Of a stretch of 64,000 nucleotides of DNA, positions 58,801-61,800 are shown piece after piece. The stretch is taken from the NCBI GenBank assembly GCA_022072025.1, contig JAJVIP010000010.1:178050-242049 (forward strand), given 5' to 3'. Every line of letters begins with the position of its first letter. Within the stretch, counting starts at the first letter, position 1. The notes beneath the pieces are model-generated. The model was given only the letters and a program-made list of their open reading frames with translations, was not told the origin of the DNA and did no database searches. A program made the position numbers and the translations under genes. This stretch comes from Elusimicrobiota bacterium. GTDB taxonomy: Bacteria; Elusimicrobiota; Elusimicrobia; F11.

Positions 58801-61800
58801 TCACTCCAGGGCGTGTGATATTCGCTGTCCACAAATCCCCGTTCACCACTCTGCCAGGGCCGGGACGTCTCGCTGTTGTACGCCCGCTCGTAGTGGGTGG
58901 TGACGCGGCTTCCATTCCAACTATCGTCCCCTTGAGAGACCGCGTCGAACATATGATCTTCACCCACGTCTTCGTCGATGAGCCCTCGAACAAGCATTTG
59001 GGTCTCGTCCATAATGTTTCCATTGTTATCTCGAATTTTAATGTTCACGCCCGGGTCCAACGCGTCCCCAACATTCCATTGTCTCTGCGCGTCGCGGCTG
59101 GTGGCCGACGTGCTTTCAGAACGCGACAACACGGTCTTCCCAAATCTTTTCCAAATCTCTTGGTTGAATTCGCTTTTGGAGGTGCTTCGCGTGTAGGTTT
59201 TAAATCCATCAAAAGAGAAACCCCAAGACAGGCTCACCGGCGTCGCGTCATCCGACCGGTTGACGGCGCCGGCCTTGTTGCCGCTCGTGACCCAGGCGTT
59301 TCGGTAATTCGTCACGCTCCAGTTCAAGTTCGTGCTGTTATCGGATTGGTGAAGCGGGTTCGTGATGCTGCCGAGGCCATCCTCCGAATGAATATTTGTG
59401 GCGGTGGAACTCCAACTCTTGCTCACGGAGTTTTCGGTTCGAAGCAACGCCGCTTGTTTCCATATCTCTTGGTTGTAGGTGGTGAACACCACGCCATGCG
59501 TGTGGCCTTGACCTTGAAGCGCGCTTAGCCCGTCAAAGTTGTGGGTTTCGCCTTCACTCCACGGCGTGTGATTTTCCTGAGACACAAAACCCGCCTCGGT
59601 CTCGCGCCACAAATGGGAAGTGGTTTCATTGTAAGCCGTCTCATAATGAGTGGTCACACGGCTGCCGTTCCAGCTATCGTCTCCTTGAGCCACCGCCCCA
59701 AACATGTTGTTGGGATCGATGGCGCCTCGCACGCGCATCACCGTTTCATCCCGTATCACGCCTTCTTTGTCGCGCGTTCTAATTGTGACGTCCGGAGTGG
59801 CCTTTGACCCCACCGACCATTCGGCCTCTTGATTGGCGCTGCTTCCCGATGTGCTGGTGGTTTGTCGAAGCACGGTTTTTCCAAATTTCTTCCAAATTTC
59901 ATTGTTGAATTGGGTGGTGGACTCGCTTCGCGTATACGTTTTGATCCCGTCAAAGGAAAAACCCCATGACCAACCTTGAGGGGTGGCATCGTCTGTGCGG
60001 TTCACCGCGCCCGCTTTGTCGCCACTGGTGATCCACGCCTTCTGATAGTTCGTCACACTCCAACTCAAATTCGTGCTGTTGTCGGACTGAGCGATGGGGT
60101 TCTCCAGGCTGCCCGCTGTTCCATTCGCGAGCGTGTTCGCGGCATTCGAACTCCAACTCTTGTTCACAGAATTTTCAGTTCGAAGGAGCCCCGCCAACCG
60201 CCACACGTCTTGGTTGTATGTGGTGAAAATGACGCCATGCGTGTGGCCTTGACCCTCCACCACGGAGAGCCCATCATAACTGTGCGTTTCACCTTCGCTC
60301 CATGGCGTGTGTTCAAAGGTTCCGTCTTGATAGGGCTTGGCGGTAGCCGGGTCATAGGCATATTCATAATGGGTCACCACACGGCTGCGGTTCCAACTCT
60401 CATCGCCTTGCGCCAAAGCCCCATATTTATTGGAGGGATTGCGCCGGCCATACACCAAGGCCACGCTGAAATCAACCGTGTCGCCGCTTTCATTTCGGAC
60501 CGCCAGCCGTCGTCCAAACTCGTCGGAAAGAACCCAAGCCGTTTCTTGGTCGTCGGTGGTGGCGCTTGTGACGGTGGTTTTCAACACCACGGTTCGTCCA
60601 AACCGATTCCAAATTTCCTTGTTGTATTCGGTGTCGGTGGAGGAGCGGGTCATGGTTCTAAATCCATCAAAGGACCAGGCGAGACTTTTGGTTTTGGGCA
60701 GGCCCGCTTCAGTGCGAATGATGGACCCGATACCCTCTCCGGCCGGCGGCATAAACCGAACCCCGTCGTAATAACTCTTCGAATAGTCGGTGACCGAAAG
60801 ACTGCGTTGTTGGCTGCCGTCCAAGGCCGCCACCGGCGCCTCATAACTTCCCTCGCCATTGGCATTGGAGCTAAAACCCTGGTTGATCACGGTCTCGAGT
60901 TTCAGGCCTCCCGTCTTCTGCCAAATGTTCGCGTTGAAAGTTTGGAATATCGTGCTCTTGGAATAGCCCAACTCAAGACCTGGAAGGCTCAAGCCGTCAA
61001 AATTCAGCGACCATCCCGTTGCCCACGGCGCGACTGAAGTGGGCCTCGTGGTCTCTTCGTCATAACTGTCTTTGTAGTGGGTGATCAGTTCAGACTTGTT
61101 CCAACTCTCATCTCCTTGAACAAAAGGCGAATCAAACGATCCCCGCCCATAAACCCTCAAGGAACTGAGATCAAACGTACTCCCGTTCTCCCGTCGAACG
61201 CTGAGGGCGCGACCAAACCCTTGGACGGCATCGGTCGTATCCCAAAGGGCGGGATCATTGGAACTGGAATAACTGCGCGAGATGCTTTTCTCCAAAGACG
61301 TTCGTCCAAATTTATTCCAAATGGCTTGATTGAACTCTTGGGTGGTATCGCTGCGGGTATAGGAACGGAAACCATCGAAAGACAAACTGCCACCCAAGGT
61401 TTTGGGAAGTCCTTGTTGGGACCTGACCAACGCGCCGATCCCTTCGCCCGCCGGCGGCACGGTGTTCACACCATCATAATAGGAGGAAGTGTAATCGCTC
61501 ACCGACCACGACCGTGTGGTGCTGCCGTCAGAAGCCGGCTCAGGCGCATCAAAAGTTCCCAGCGTCCCGGTTGAATCGGTGCTCCAAGAAAAATTGGCGG
61601 AGGTGGCCAATTTGGTTTGGCCCGTGGCCGCCCAGATGTGTTGGTTAAAGGATTGGTAAAACGAACTGGCCGTGGTGCCTTGGTTGAGGCCGGGCACCGC
61701 GGTTCCGTCGAAAGACAATGAACGCCCTGTCATAAACGGAGCGAAACTTAATATTGGCGCGCCGTTTTGGGTGTTGTAAGAACGTGAAAAATCGGTGGTC

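Noticed and set aside
50850-60385. Possibility that the regular 735-bp periodicity is a CRISPR array or satellite DNA
   Set aside because: The period is far too long for CRISPR, there are no short direct repeats with unique spacers, and the whole array maintains one open reading frame. It is a coding tandem repeat.
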